In this document: piece by piece, positions 23,301-36,938 of the stretch
How positions within the stretch are numbered: the stretch's first letter is position 1
Layout: the number at the start of each line of letters is the position of its first letter
Origin: Mayamaea pseudoterrestris
Lineage: Eukaryota
DNA length: 64,000 bases
Assembly (NCBI GenBank): GCA_027923505.1
Contig: BROI01000002.1
Span: forward strand, 1,612,001-1,676,000
Reading direction: 5' to 3'
Notes under the pieces: generated by a model
What the model was told of the DNA's origin: nothing
The model's database searches: none
What the model saw: the letters and a program-made list of their open reading frames with translations, nothing else
Translations under genes and position numbers: made by a program

Positions 23301-26300
23301 ATGAAATGCCACAGTATCTCCTGGTTTTATGGTGATAGCGGAAGAATCAGATGAGCCGGCCTGCTTCATCTCAAATACCACGGATATTGAATCATTCCGA
23401 ACAAGAAAGCGAGAAGTCAAAACCATCAATCGTGAAAGGTCACCCCATTCGTCATCCAAGGGCGCGATTGAATAGCATAGCTCATAGACAATCTTCTCTT
23501 GAGAAGGTTCACCCGTATCTTCCCGCAATAATCTATATGGCCAGCGAGCTTTGGCGACGCGGATCACTCCGTGTGCGGCACCTCTACTTGGTATCAGCGG
23601 AGTCAACGCCCACCGCCCTCCTTCAACCTGCACTGCCATCTTAAAGGCTCCACCGTTGTCTCTTCCTGACCCGTCCAGCGCAACAAGCCCTCGTCGCATT
23701 GGTTGGCAGAACGCCGTGATGCCTTCAGGGACCGCAACGCAGCCTGATCGCTTGCGATACCATCGACGTCGACGGAATCGATGCTGAGCATCATACTTTC
23801 GAAGCCTGGAGAAATTGGGGAGGCTCGGACTGCTCTCCCACCCGTGATCAACACCACTTGACAAGTCTACCTTCTGCGTTTAAACAACAGATTAGCACTT
23901 TTTTCAATGCGTAATACATTTTGTAGATTAAACTTACCCAAGATTCATCAAGCCATCGAACATCCTCACAACTGTCGACGTACGGCAGCGCCTTCCTTGG
24001 AGCATTAGGGTTTTCTCCCGCCCACCAATTTCGCTTAATTCTTGAGCCTTCCATTTCATTGTATTCAAAGCATTCTTCGACAATTTCAGGCGAGCCCTGC
24101 TCAGGAATTCGATGTATATCCACCACATCTGCATCCAATCCAGCATTCTTTCCAGGAGGTCCAGTCTCACTCCCTCCTCCCTCGAACAGTAATGAGATTT
24201 CTCTTAAAGCAGCTTCTGCAGCTGTAAGCTCCGTTGGTTGTAATTCCTCTGGAGAGTATTGTGCCGATATGATCTCGTGTTGCGGACATCCAAAAACAAC
24301 TGGGAGTGATGTAAAATTCGAGCACCATACCTCTGCGAAAATGGCAACATCGATGCCGCCGCCCTTTCGCGTAATGCGGACGCCAACGTTCAAGGAAAAC
24401 CCAAGCGCATCAGTAATGTTGGCTTCGCGGACTTCAGTAGAAGAATCGCGTTGCGGCATTGGCTCGGCATTGTTCGACAATGATAACGACACCCACGTAG
24501 ACCACGACTGTCGTTCGTAAATGCGTATTTGAGTGTATAGCCCATCATAGCCATTACAAAAAATCTCTGCTCGCTCACCGCTTGGTAGAAATTGATCCCC
24601 AATCGAATCAAAAGATCGAAGGGACGAGTTGTCAATCATTTTCGCTTCAGGTGGAAGGCCGCTTGCTATTTTCCATTCGATATTTGTTGGCAAGAGGTTT
24701 CGAAAGGAAATGCCACAGTCGATGGAAATCGTGTACGCATCATTTACTTCATAAACGGAGAGCGACACAAAACGGCTTAATTTGTTATCGCTGGCGTCTG
24801 AAGCGAATCTCACGTATGTTCCGTTGAGCCTCCTCAAGTTCTCTGACGACTTAAAGAGACAGGTAAAAGCTGGATCTTTATCAAATTTACAGACGCAGCT
24901 CCAAGCGCACTTGCGCAGTCCAAGCCACAGTGGCAGAGAAAGCGGACGGCCAGCGCTGCATTTGCCAATTGCGATGATCTCGTCACGTGCCGATCCGTTT
25001 AAGGACTTGTGAACGCTTATTCCAACTTCAATCGTCTCACGAATCAATGAGATCAGTTGTATTGAGCCACCGAAAGTAAGGATTGTTTTCTCCAATGTTT
25101 GTTCCACGCTCCAAGATGCCCACTGGTGGACGCTCGTAGAGTTTTGAGAGCTTGCCAAGATCTCAAATAAAGGCACCAAAGTCTCTTCCGCCAGTCCGAT
25201 GTCTAAATCCCGAACTGGTTCTACTGCGAACTCCTCCGTCGCCTGGAGAGAAATAGTAAGGGAAGGAAACCGCCGCCCGGAAGTATTACTATCTTTCGAC
25301 GCAACATCAACAAAAAATTTGATCTCCTCATCGCATCCCAAAAATCGCACGTCACCCTTAGAAAAAGCATCCATTCCGGGATAGTCTCCAGGGTTGATAT
25401 AAGCCAACGTCTGATCCGCGACACTATTATGGAGGTTTTGCTGTAAAGCAAAAGCAACTGGCACTCCACTCCGGTTTCTAATGACAAAAGGCTTCGCCGT
25501 TTCATACTTCTGTCGCAGTGCAAACTGGAGAGCAGCATTAGCGGCCTTGTGAACAGCAATCCTCTCCTCTGCTTCTATTCGATGCACAGCCTCATCTGAA
25601 TAATCCCGTAATCCGCTTCGAGAATCAACTGCATCGGAGCGCATGTTTGACCAGCAGAGTTTCCCTATGGACTCAATTCCAGCGTCACTAAGATTCATGC
25701 ATATCGGTCCATTTCGATCGCCAAGCTCGATCGAAAGTTCGCGAGATCCCTGGCGAGGGTCCTGATAAGTGGCTGTTATACTAAAGATACCGGGCTCTAA
25801 AAAGGGTTCCCATGTCCAAGCACGGAGGTTGTAACAGTCGAGGGATATGCTTGACTGAACCTTTACGCTGTACATGGTGCCACAGGTCATATTTCGTTGC
25901 AGGCTGATCTCGGTTTGCCTTAGGTTTGCTCGAAGCAATGTGACGTCATCTTCCAGGAAGGTCAATGAGCCGGTGGACAGTGTCAAGTCAATTTGATCGG
26001 TACTTCCGTAAAAAACCTCACTTGCATCATAATCAAGCTGCGCATCCAGCCTGAGTGACGGGAGTGCAAGGTGTCGAGAGAATGAAACCGTGAGCGGTCG
26101 AGATAGGCTTGCGAGGTGGTCGACAATGTCAGACAATGCAACAGACTCTATATCTGACAGGACCGTATCATTGATGGCATGAACAATGTCTCCTTTCTCA
26201 ATTGATTTCTCCGCTGCGACTGGTTCAACATGGTCGACCACAATGGCATTGCCATTTTTGCGAAGACCCAGTCCCAGCTTTACACCTTCAAAGCTCACTT

Positions 26301-29300
26301 CAAAACCATACAATTTCGATTGCTTTGCAGATTTCTTGTCTTGCTTCGCAGGCCATTTGTGAAGCAGCGAGTGGATCAACGATATGTCCTGCGTATTGAG
26401 CATCATTGAAAGGGAATCAATGCTAAGACACAGACTGCGCACTCGCGGGAGATACTCGTAAACTTTCTGCTTGTACTCGAGCCCTATTGTCAGTGGTAGC
26501 AATAATGGAACTCGTTGTGCGCTGCAGAAGTCTGATGTCTTCGGGCGCGTGCTCAATTCTTGCATGGGTCTAGTCAGAATAGACAGCAGACTATGGTGGG
26601 TACTTCGAACCGAGATCATATCCGATATGTCGGGATATATGTGACTTGTTAATTTCTGAAAATCACCTTGCACTTCTAAAACTTGAACCCTGCTTGTTCT
26701 GTTTGTCCCTATCTTGGATTCAAAAGTAGTTGAAATGGTTGCGTTGGCTGTTGCAAGTCTGAAAAGCGATACAGGTGAGAATTAAGGTTGGGAAATTTAA
26801 CACTTCCGAGCCCCAAAACGTACCCTTCAAGCACTAAAGCCCGGGAATGCCGGTCTGATTCGTCCGCGATGAATATGAAACGAGGATAATGAAATACCAG
26901 CTTTATGCCAAAACATCGAGGTACTCCAGTCACGTTCACATCCACTGCAACAGCTTTGAAGTGATCGTCATCAGAAAATTGACCGAACTCTCGCATGTCT
27001 TTTCTTTTACAATAAGCGTGATCAGGCGCACCCCATGAGCAAGAAAAAAATTCGGACATTTCCTCACACGGTTTGACCAAAGCAGTTAGGCTCAAATAAT
27101 TCACGACAAGACTCACATCCATACGTGATGGACTCCGATCAATTGTCACATCTATCTGGTTGTCTGCGTCGTCGGTGGAGGTTTGTATCGAATACCCTTC
27201 CGCCATAACTGTGCCTTCTGACGGCATCGGACAGAGATTATTGGCATCAGACCCGTGGCGAATGCTTCTTTCCCGCACGTCAAACATGTGGACACGATGC
27301 AGCGAGACAGCGACTGATTCAATGGTGTCCCTTTCTTGGTACACCACCCGAAGGCGCGAGATGATGAATAGTACAACATCCTGCCCCGTCGTGACGCTGT
27401 CAATCAATGTGACAGAACAGTCGTCTCGATGAAGTACCAGTGACAGCCGATCGCACTGGACCTGAATATTAACTTCTATGGGTTTCAATTTATGGGCGGC
27501 CTCATCCTCATTCTTGCCGTAACGAATTAACCGAGCACTGGATGAATACACCAAATCGTTGGAAAATGCTTCTTGCTCTCCCCCGCCCGCTTGACCTTGA
27601 CTAGCCAATTTGTCCCATGCCGCTTCTAAGTTGTTCCATGCCAATTTGTCGGTCTTTCGCCCCACATTACCTTCAAAAACGGCCATGAGCAGGACATAGT
27701 CTGTGTATCTAAGTGGAACGTGGACTTCCGAAATTTCGATCTGCGATAATAGCAACACTCGACTTTTCTCCAATTCCACGGCAAAATCGATCTCGGAGAC
27801 AATCGTGCTTTTAATGGTCGTCTGGTCGGTGTTTGGCACGGTCTTATATCGCATTAACGACAAACCACAGACAACAACGGCCAACTTTCGAGCCAACGAT
27901 CGACTGTCTATCCAACTTTTGATCGTAAAGTCGCCCAAGCGGCAAGATAAGCCAGATGCAGTCGCATAACCAACAGGAATCAAAATAGTGGGAGCCTCCA
28001 ATGATATTTGTAAGAAACTTTTCTTTTGGATGCGCTCCTTGACAAAGTGCTGCGCGGCTCTGCCCGTTGCACCCATTCCTCTCCCTGGCATTCCATTTGT
28101 CATATAGTCAATCAATTCCTCCGCGCGATCCCTAAGAAATGTCAATTCCAAGGCTGAAATGTTCACTTCGAGGCAGTCGTCAAGCTCCGGTTCATCTAAT
28201 AGACGGCCAATGACCCAATCCGGTAGCTTTTCGTCGCTTCCAGGAAAAGCAGCCAGCCTTCTGGTCGCAAACTTTCTGAAGCTAAATTGTAGAAACTTTT
28301 GTGATCCGGTAGCACGAAGCAAAGTCTGGCCAAAGTCATCAATTTTGTCGTTCTCTACAGTGTATATCGACCCCAGGTGCCCCTTTATACACATGCCACT
28401 ACGAGATTTGCTTGACCGCACAGTCATATCTTTAACGGTCGTCACTATCAATTGTCGGCCTTGGTGTTCCTTGTTTAGACGCAGTATTAAAGTCTCCGCT
28501 TCTATTGTACCATTTATATGAACATCCTTCCCGGCGACAGCGTCAGGATCTGACGATCTCTGAAACACGAAACTCGCTTCGGCGTGGTTTGTTAAAATTG
28601 CATCCACTCGAAATTTAAAGTCTTTGTGAAGCCGTCCGATAAAACGCTGTAGTGCAATGACCAAGGATGGATTGTACTGAAGCTCACAAGCCGAAACTTT
28701 GACATGGTAATCTCGACATGCGCCTAATTGACTTGATACTTCAACCGCAGCGTGGCCTACATATTCCTTGTCCTCGGAACTGGACAGTTTTACATTATCG
28801 TCAATGCGTCGGATCGCTAACACATTGCGGAATGGAGACGTGACCGACTGCAAACAATCGGCCACATCCACACTTCCGAGGGTCAAGCGCATAATGTACA
28901 GCACACCATGCTCAAGCGATAGTAGCGCCGTGCGTTGGAATGCCACTTCCGACAGAGAGAACGCCGCCAGTTCTTGCGATGTGGCAAAATGTCGACCACT
29001 GTCGTCAATTATCACGAGCTTAAAGCCCTTCCAATTGGCTGTGTAGGATTGCTTCGGCGGCCCAAAGGATATCGGAGCTGCATTTTCTGATGACGTGTCA
29101 ATATGTGGCTCGTGACCAGACTTGTAGTGACGGTGTTCCGTTTGCCTCATGTCGACGACGAATCGAAGCAGTACTTCAATCGCCACAGTCATATCAGTGA
29201 ACGACGCGCGAGCCTCTAGTGTCCCAGCCTCGACCTGGGCAATATGTGAGTCACATGCGCATGCAACCGTGCAGTTGCAGCTGCGCCAAATTCCATGAGA

Positions 29301-32300
29301 GTGCCATGGCTCAATTAAAGATCCGGTAGTGTCGAGGGAAGGCACCATAGAACTTTGCGTTTGCAGCTGGAGACCCGACAAATCAAAACGCCGTTCAATT
29401 TGTGGCAACCTTGCGTTGTGGTAGAAATTTACTTTGTCAGCCTTTAAGACAAGACCATATTCCTCCGTGCCTACTAGAATGCTGGGTTGGATGAGCGATA
29501 GACGAAAGGTGGAGGACATTGTATTATTTGCTTTTGAATCCTCCATGGCGGACGCGCTCGACGCCTTAAATGCAGAGATCCAGCTAAGCTGATCACGATC
29601 GACGCGTGCGGAACTCTCCTCGTCAGTCGCTTTGATGTTATACCAACGGTCGCCAATCTGAATGACTTCTCCTGGGGCAACTGACTTTGGTCCGGAAAGG
29701 CCCTTAAAGAAACCAGAGAAGCGCGACCATGATGAGTAAATGAGATAGATGCGCGAATAAGCGATTGTTAGACACTTGCTATTCTCCGCAAACGGATCCG
29801 ATTCTGATTCGTATACCAAATCTTTCGTCGCTGTCGGACATGGTGAGCGATCGAGGGAGCTTGACATCAGAAGAGGCACCCGGCCTTCTTTCTCCACACT
29901 CAATATTTCAACGTTGCATTCGACCCGCTGACGGTTCACAAGGTCCATTGCCTTCCACATCGTCCATGATATATCTTCGCACCTCACGTCAGCAATGGCG
30001 ACGCCTTGCCGAAAACCAAAGCTCAAGGATGGGACATCGACATTCAGCTCATAAGTGGTAGGAGTAACATCTTTCTTGTCATATCCGAAATGTACCATGA
30101 TGCTAGCCTTGTATTGCTCACGCAACTCCAAAGGCAAATGTTGAAGAGCCCGCCATTCATCCAAATGCCGTGACTCTTCGCAGATATTAAACTGCACAAT
30201 GTGCTGTAGCAAAACGAATTCATCCTGGTCCAGTGTCATATGCACTGCATCAATCGCACATGCAACTTTCCATTTAGGACAATTAAGTGCAGCTGTGGGC
30301 CCCGAGGGCCAATTGAGCGATACTTCACCAGCAAATGCATCTCCGAATCGCAATAAGTCGATTCCCGATGATGACACAAGTCGTATAGAGCTCAGCATAA
30401 TTTTGCAGTTATTGAACCATTGCCATCGGCAGGATGAATGATTTGAACTGGAATCCCGTATTCGCATTTCCGAACAAGAATATGAGTTGGCAAACACAAT
30501 AGAGCTCGCTTCAACACGAAGATAATCAGGGGAGCAGTATGACACGGGGAAGACAATGAGAGGTGACTCCATTACAATGTTGAATTTCGTAAACGAGAAC
30601 AAGTCAGCATTTGGGGCATCGAGTGCTGCTGATGGCTCTGCGATTACTTTTTTCGTTCCCCAAACCTCGGCTCCCATGATTCCTTCAAAAAAGTAATCAA
30701 TAATTTCAAACCACAATTGCTCAAGAAAAACGAATCGCATGGGACTGAAGTGGGCTTCAAGAGAAATGTCACACCCGTGTAACTTCTTTTGCTTTGTGTC
30801 AATGACCACTCCACAGCCTAGCGACGCAACATTCGGATCGTCCCCTTGACTCACGTAACGTCGCGAACGAGGATACTTCAATATATCCAGCCTCAGTAAG
30901 GATGACTGCCCGGAATCAGATTTCAATCCAAGTATCTCTCTGTACAGCGTCAAGTCGCGAAGGCTGTCTGCATCAGCAAAAGCCAAATTGCCTACCGAAA
31001 CATGTGATGACCATCCGTTTGCACTTGTTGTTGAGTATGTCACCGTAGTGCTATCCATTTCAGCAATAAACAAGCGGCGATGCCGTGCCTCCTTGTTAAA
31101 TCGCATCCGCAGTTTAGATAGCTGGAAGAATACATTCAAATGTTTCGATCTGTACATGTACGCTTGGACTGGCGCTTGTCGGCTAAGATCCGAATCACCT
31201 TCTTGGCTGACTGCAAAATTTTCGACGTAAGACGGGCAATAGGGCGGCGCAGTCGTAAGATCACTCAGCTTGGTGATAGCCTGCCTACTGTTGAAAGAAG
31301 GCAGGCTATCGGATAGCTCATTTGCACTGTCATGCGATTTGGCGTCGAAAAATTCATCTTCTTCTGCGTCTTCAAACTCGTCATCGGATGACGCATATAG
31401 CAACAATGGATTGCCATCTATACTAACTTCCGCCAAGCGAGATAAAGAAATAGCATGCTGGAGTGCTGCCAAAGTCTCAGGGTTCCATTCAATATAAAGT
31501 TCGTGGAAAGTCACGTTCAACCGACTTCCACCAACTTGTCGTGGCTGTTCGCCAGTAACAGTTTCGGAAGAAGCCTCTGACGCAAACTCAAACAAAAGCA
31601 AATCTTTAGAATGGAACTGATTGTAGCTTGACTCATCATGTCCTCTAGGAACTGGGAATAAGTCCGGCGAAACTGAAGATAAGAGGTATGCATAGTCATC
31701 CCCGGCTTGCTGGTATTGGTCCAAAGCATCCAACGCTCTAAGTTTGGCGGTCCAGCTAGTGTATGGTAGTCCAGTCGCGTTTTGCTCCCTGACTGCTCTC
31801 CCCTCAATGCCCCTAAGTGACAAATCGATGAGCTGCGTGGTGCCGCAGCCACTTTCGTCGCAATCCCTACCATCGACATCATTCTCGAGGCGAAGTTTTA
31901 GCAGCGGAGCGAAGAGGACAACTTTAAAGCAACGGCGTACACCTTTGCTAGGCATGGCTTCAGTCTCGAGTGTCTCGTTGAACCGAGACGGCACAAGTAA
32001 TTGCGTTTGCTCGCCTGAAGCTAAATTCGCATCCTGTCTCCACTGGAGCTCATACTTCCGCGCCATCCATTTCTTTTGCAATCTCTTTACTAATCGAACT
32101 GCCGACGTGGTTGCATTTATAATTAGCCGCGGTAAGGTAGCGGTGATTTGTAGTGTCGTTTCCTCGTCGTCAGTCGGACCTTGGCTGTCAATCTTTATGC
32201 GAGTCAAAATTGCAAAGTCTATCGAAAAGGGCTCAATCATTTGCTGTACTTTTCCAAACGTCGCCGTTTCAAGAAAATTATCCCGGTAAACACGTGAAGT

Positions 32301-34727
32301 CGTGCACTGAACCTGTATGTCCGCTAACTCCAGCCTCCACTTATCGTCGAAGTCAGTGCCGTCCAAGTCGACATTCTGAAAAGCTAGTCGACCAAGATCC
32401 ACTACTAGAAGAGGACTGTCGAGAGAATCTGCCTCCGGTACGAGGAGCACTGGTGCGCCCATGTCCAAATCGATAGTAATGGACTTCTCCTTATGCGCCA
32501 ATGCTTCGACGATAAGCCGTTGCTGACGGCGACGCCATTCTGATACGCGATTCGCCATGCCCTGGTAATCGTCGCTAAAATCTGCACTTGCCACATTTAG
32601 AATGCGAGTAAGTGCTTCAACCGGCAATGTCGAATACACTATTTCAAGCGGCAAAACGCGAATGCGTACAGAAGTTCGAGATCCACCAACTTCACTCACA
32701 ACTCGTTCAACTTGAACATGTAGGCTTTGGTGATGAATAGTGTCAGCCAGCGAAAAAGTTTCGTCCGTCGAACTACTCAACTGAATTCCTTTCGGACCCA
32801 AGAGGTTGGGGAAGAGCACAACGCCACTCGCAGCTTTGTGCATACAGTCCTCGACGCGAAGAGAACCAAGGCGACAAGTCAACTCCCATGATTTATCGCT
32901 GTATAGCTTCTGCTCTTGCATGAATGCAACGGAAAGGATAACGACAGGCAAAGGCATATTGTTGAATTGTTGTCGGTCATTCACTTGTAGCGACAGCTCA
33001 GGACAAGATATGTACAGAATCAAGAATGGCATAACATTCCCAGGCTGCACCATTCTATACTTTGCATGATTTGGACTCGTCGCGTCCGTTGCAGCAGTTT
33101 CAGGCAATTGTTCTTGGTCAAGCAACACAGCCATTTCGTCGAACATTTGCTGTCGAATTTCAACAGACAAGACAGAATAAGCTGATGCGGCGCCTTGCAA
33201 GACATCTTTTGATTCTTTGTCGACCTTGAGCGTAGATCGCCCAGCTTCCGTCGTTAGCAATTCCTCACGAATTATTCGACAAGAAAACAGCCTGAATGCT
33301 ACGACTTCATCGACTGACAATTCTTCTTCAAGGGAGAGCAGCCTGGAATTCGCAAGGGTACGCTCCTGAGTCTCATTTAAAAGTAGTACTCGGCGGTACT
33401 CATCCAAGTAAAGCTTGCGGTTTCGAATCGCCCTCGCCATTCCTAGCCATCCTTTGACTCGCGAATGCGTCGAACGCTCCTCTTCTATGCGTGCAAGTGC
33501 CAAAACAGCCTGACTTGCGTACAACCACCATCCTCTTGGGTTGACAGTAGCCGACTCGACGGGTCGCAACAGGGCTAAACGTCGCGCGTCAGCGTCGGAC
33601 AAAAACTTTGTATGCTTCCAGACTTTCATAGCATTTCGTAAATAGCCCAAGTCCTCCAACAAACTGCGTGATATCGCAAATCGACATGGCGGAAGGAGGA
33701 ATCGGATCGAGCTTGGTGGCCTGGTTGTTGCGTCGATTTCATCAGCTATTTGCTGTGCGCGTGGAGAGACAGCAGAGCCCATCGCCTCTTCATTCGACGA
33801 GTTTGGTCCCACTAGGTCAATCAGGACCACTGGAGAAAAGGCGTCGAGCACATACGCATGCCTCGAGCCCATATCATGACCATGCATGTCATCAAAGAAT
33901 TGTTGATAATCAGCAGGCGACCAATGATTTGTAGCAATGCGAGCATTAGAGTCCCAGTATGCGGCAAGATCCTGCGCAGCTGCTCGCCTTCGTCGAACAG
34001 AAACTGTTTGGTAGTTGTGTTCATTTTCCGACTCGTCTCCAGGATTCTGGGATGATACGCGAAACTCTTGCAGGGTGACGCCAACGGCAAACGGTTCCCG
34101 ATATTGACTCTTGAAATCGCCAAAACCCCGTCCAGGATCTTCATATCGTAAATGTATATTGCGGACTGAAACAGTCAAGTTTGCCAGCAGCATTTTTCCC
34201 AGCTTTTGTATCCATTGCTTTCGCTTGGACGTGACCTGCGCCACTCGCCGCACAAGGTAGGCATCGATGCGACTCTGAATGGCTTGCTCGTGAGCGACTG
34301 GCGAAAATTCTTCCTCCTGCACCTCGCAATTATTGGCGGCCTCCTCACTACTTGACTGCCTGACGTTCGATGGCATGACTAATATATTCACATCAGTCAG
34401 CACGACGCTGCATCGCAAGTCGTCATCGTTTGGCACGTCAGACTGAGTTTTGGACGACGATCCCTGACCATTATTTCCCCAAAACAACTGATCCTTCACC
34501 AGCAGCTTCCACGGAATGCGTACCTTCAACGTGCCAACACTTCCATGTGCAATGCGAAAGGGCAGCTTGACGCCAGCCGCCTGCTTGATGGCGTCGGGAC
34601 GAAGCGTCAAGTCGCGAAAGACGAGCTCGCCTTTCCAGGCGCTGAGGCGCACCTTGTCGGCATCGAATCCCTGAATCAAATGACCAAACTGCGTGATCAA
34701 TGCTTCCGTGACGTAGCGTTCCAGCAT
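20331..34727 (-). CDS. VPS13: VPS13-family bridge-like lipid transfer protein, ~4,729 aa, 4 exons
   Basis: Chorein N-terminus MLERYVTEALITQFGHLIQGFDADKVRLSAWKGEL. VAB/SHR-BD-like segments (FLVRNDS...FHW; FRIENAT). C-terminal LLGSLAAFGNPLGLVRGLGDGVSDFV...GFAKGMGKGLLGLLVKP...IRPRR. GT-AG introns 26823-26759, 23937-23874 and 22623-22546 join four track ORFs in frame. Confidence 0.93.
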
Positions 34728-35247
34728 GATGTATCAAAAGTAAATATATCTATGTGCGTGTGTATGTAGTATCGTACAGTAAATTGTCGGCACGGATGGA
34801 ATCTAATCGGAGTCGGTCGTCGGCTGCAGTGACGCGGATTTGTGCAATTGGTTCTGACGTCGAAACCAGTTCTCAATGAAAGTAGTCAATTAATTGAGTA
34901 GATCACTTATCGAGTCTCTAGATGACTGCCGCAGAAAAATGAGAGAAGATGCGGCTTGCATGATCAAAAATGAAATAATGGACGAAAACGTCGCGACGAC
35001 GACCTCGAGCTGCGTCGCATCGTTTCTCACAGTGACAGTGCGACACAGTTGAAGAGCGCGGTGAACCAATCATGGTGCAAAAATCTTGATGCCCACAATT
35101 TCCGCCAACCGAGATCCAATCCACACATCAACGTGCGTTTGGAGAGAGTTAAGACTATCCCATAAACCGTCTCCCCACTCGTAGTGACAAGCGATAAATT
35201 GATTCACAGATACATCAACATCCATTATAAACTCACAGCAATACAAC

Positions 35248-36726
35248 ATGAAGGACTCTAACAATCCTCGCAAGTACATCTTTCACAGCGAAAACTATCA
35301 TGTCCTCCCGCGCTGGCCCAACGACGGAATTGAGCAGTTCAAGCGCGTGTCGGAGAGCCGCAACACGCTCGAGCAAGTCCCTTTATTCTTTTTTGGTGAG
35401 GCCGATCAAGCCATGGCAAAATTGCTTGGCGACATGATCAGTAGAAAGTCAATGCAAAGACAAGATGAGGAAGCTGTCTTTTTCATCCCGTATGTGTTGC
35501 AGAGAAAGGCTGCCCGCGAGCAGCAAAATGTAAAAGCTGCCAAGCAGCATTTGGTGGAAGCCTATCGCAGCAAAGATGAAATCGTCCGTGATTTGCTCGA
35601 ACAGATTGGCGCCAAGAGCGCGATTCACAAGGCATCTCGTGACATTCGTCGCTTTCCAGACTTTGAAGCTCTAATGTGTAAGTTATTGGTAAAGGAATTG
35701 GCGTCGGATGCCAACATGGAAATGCTCTTTGGCGACGTGGCGCATGTGCGAGGTTACTTGTTCGAGCTTGGTCCCCTTTTGGAGGAACCGCCGCCAGAAG
35801 ATTTGGCGGCTACTATAGCGTTTGCCGCTACAAAGAAAGCTTTTGGTCAAGGCATCACCGCGGCTGCCAAGAAGGAGTGCGCCGAGTGCGGAAGGACTAG
35901 TGGGCACTTGGTTCGATGCACTGGTTGCTTCAGCGTTCACTACTGCGGAAAAGAGTGCCAGCGAGCGGCATGGATCGTTCACAAGCCAGACTGTCTTGAG
36001 TCCCAAGGAAAGCCAGTTTCGGATGCCGTCCGTGCCAAGGCGGACGCGAAAATAAAGGAGGAACAGGAAGAAGCCGAGTTCATAAAGGCTAAAGAGGAGG
36101 AGGAAAAGGAGCATAATATCATACAGTACTGTGTCATACCTTTTTATTGTGAAGTCGGCAACCAAAAGGTGGAGCTCTACGACACTACAGGCCAGAAGCG
36201 TATTGCACATCTGCCGCAAGCAGGCCTGGAGATTATGGAACAACACGTGCGAGAGGAATATCCCGACATTGAAATTAACAAAGACTTGTTACTTGCCGTG
36301 TTTCCAAAGGGAATCAACCCGAAAATGTACAGTCCCAGGGGATGGCTTTTAACGGATAACTCAAAGAACGGTGCCAACATTATTGTCTTGTACCAGCCAC
36401 TTTTCGTTTCGCCGTCAAACACTGGCGGAGCTCCTGCTGGTTTTGCCATTGATCTATTTGTCGTCAAGGAAGTATTCGACAATTTTGGTATGCGAGCCGT
36501 GTGGAAACAGATTGATGAGCCATACAAGGAAGATTGTATTCAAGACGACATTGTCGGCTTTCGTAACGGTTGGATGCAACTCTTTTTTCAACGAGCAACG
36601 AAGGAGTCCATGGCCCTTGAGAGCCATGTGAACCCTACTTTTATTGATGCCGGCTTGCCTCTTGGTCGCTACCATGTTACACTCAGTGAGGATGTTGAAG
36701 GGAAACTACTAGGTCCCTTGGGGTGA
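35248..36726 (+). CDS. MYND-type zinc-finger protein
   Basis: CAECGRTSGHLVRCTGCFSVHYCGKECQRAAWIVHKPDC matches the MYND consensus. Flanking regions not recognised. Confidence 0.85.
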   Translation: MKDSNNPRKYIFHSENYHVLPRWPNDGIEQFKRVSESRNTLEQVPLFFFGEADQAMAKLLGDMISRKSMQRQDEEAVFFIPYVLQRKAAREQQNVKAAKQHLVEAYRSKDEIVRDLLEQIGAKSAIHKASRDIRRFPDFEALMCKLLVKELASDANMEMLFGDVAHVRGYLFELGPLLEEPPPEDLAATIAFAATKKAFGQGITAAAKKECAECGRTSGHLVRCTGCFSVHYCGKECQRAAWIVHKPDCLESQGKPVSDAVRAKADAKIKEEQEEAEFIKAKEEEEKEHNIIQYCVIPFYCEVGNQKVELYDTTGQKRIAHLPQAGLEIMEQHVREEYPDIEINKDLLLAVFPKGINPKMYSPRGWLLTDNSKNGANIIVLYQPLFVSPSNTGGAPAGFAIDLFVVKEVFDNFGMRAVWKQIDEPYKEDCIQDDIVGFRNGWMQLFFQRATKESMALESHVNPTFIDAGLPLGRYHVTLSEDVEGKLLGPLG

Positions 36727-36938
36727 GTTGGACTGTCTGTTGCATCCACAACGAACCGCCTCGTCAGGGTCACGCGAATAAGTGTTTGCTACTTAACTAG
36801 TTAAGACAGAATTAAACGATTAAAATATCCTGCTAACATTCCCGTTAGTATTGTAAGATTTTGCCGTACAATACACTTGATCACTTTTAACTCTCGAATG
36901 ATCCACAATACTATCTTCTCCACAGTAACATTTCTGTT

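Noticed and set aside
20331..34727. Four separate genes or a frameshifted VPS13 pseudogene
   Set aside because: Three canonical 64-78-nt GT-AG introns join the ORFs in frame.
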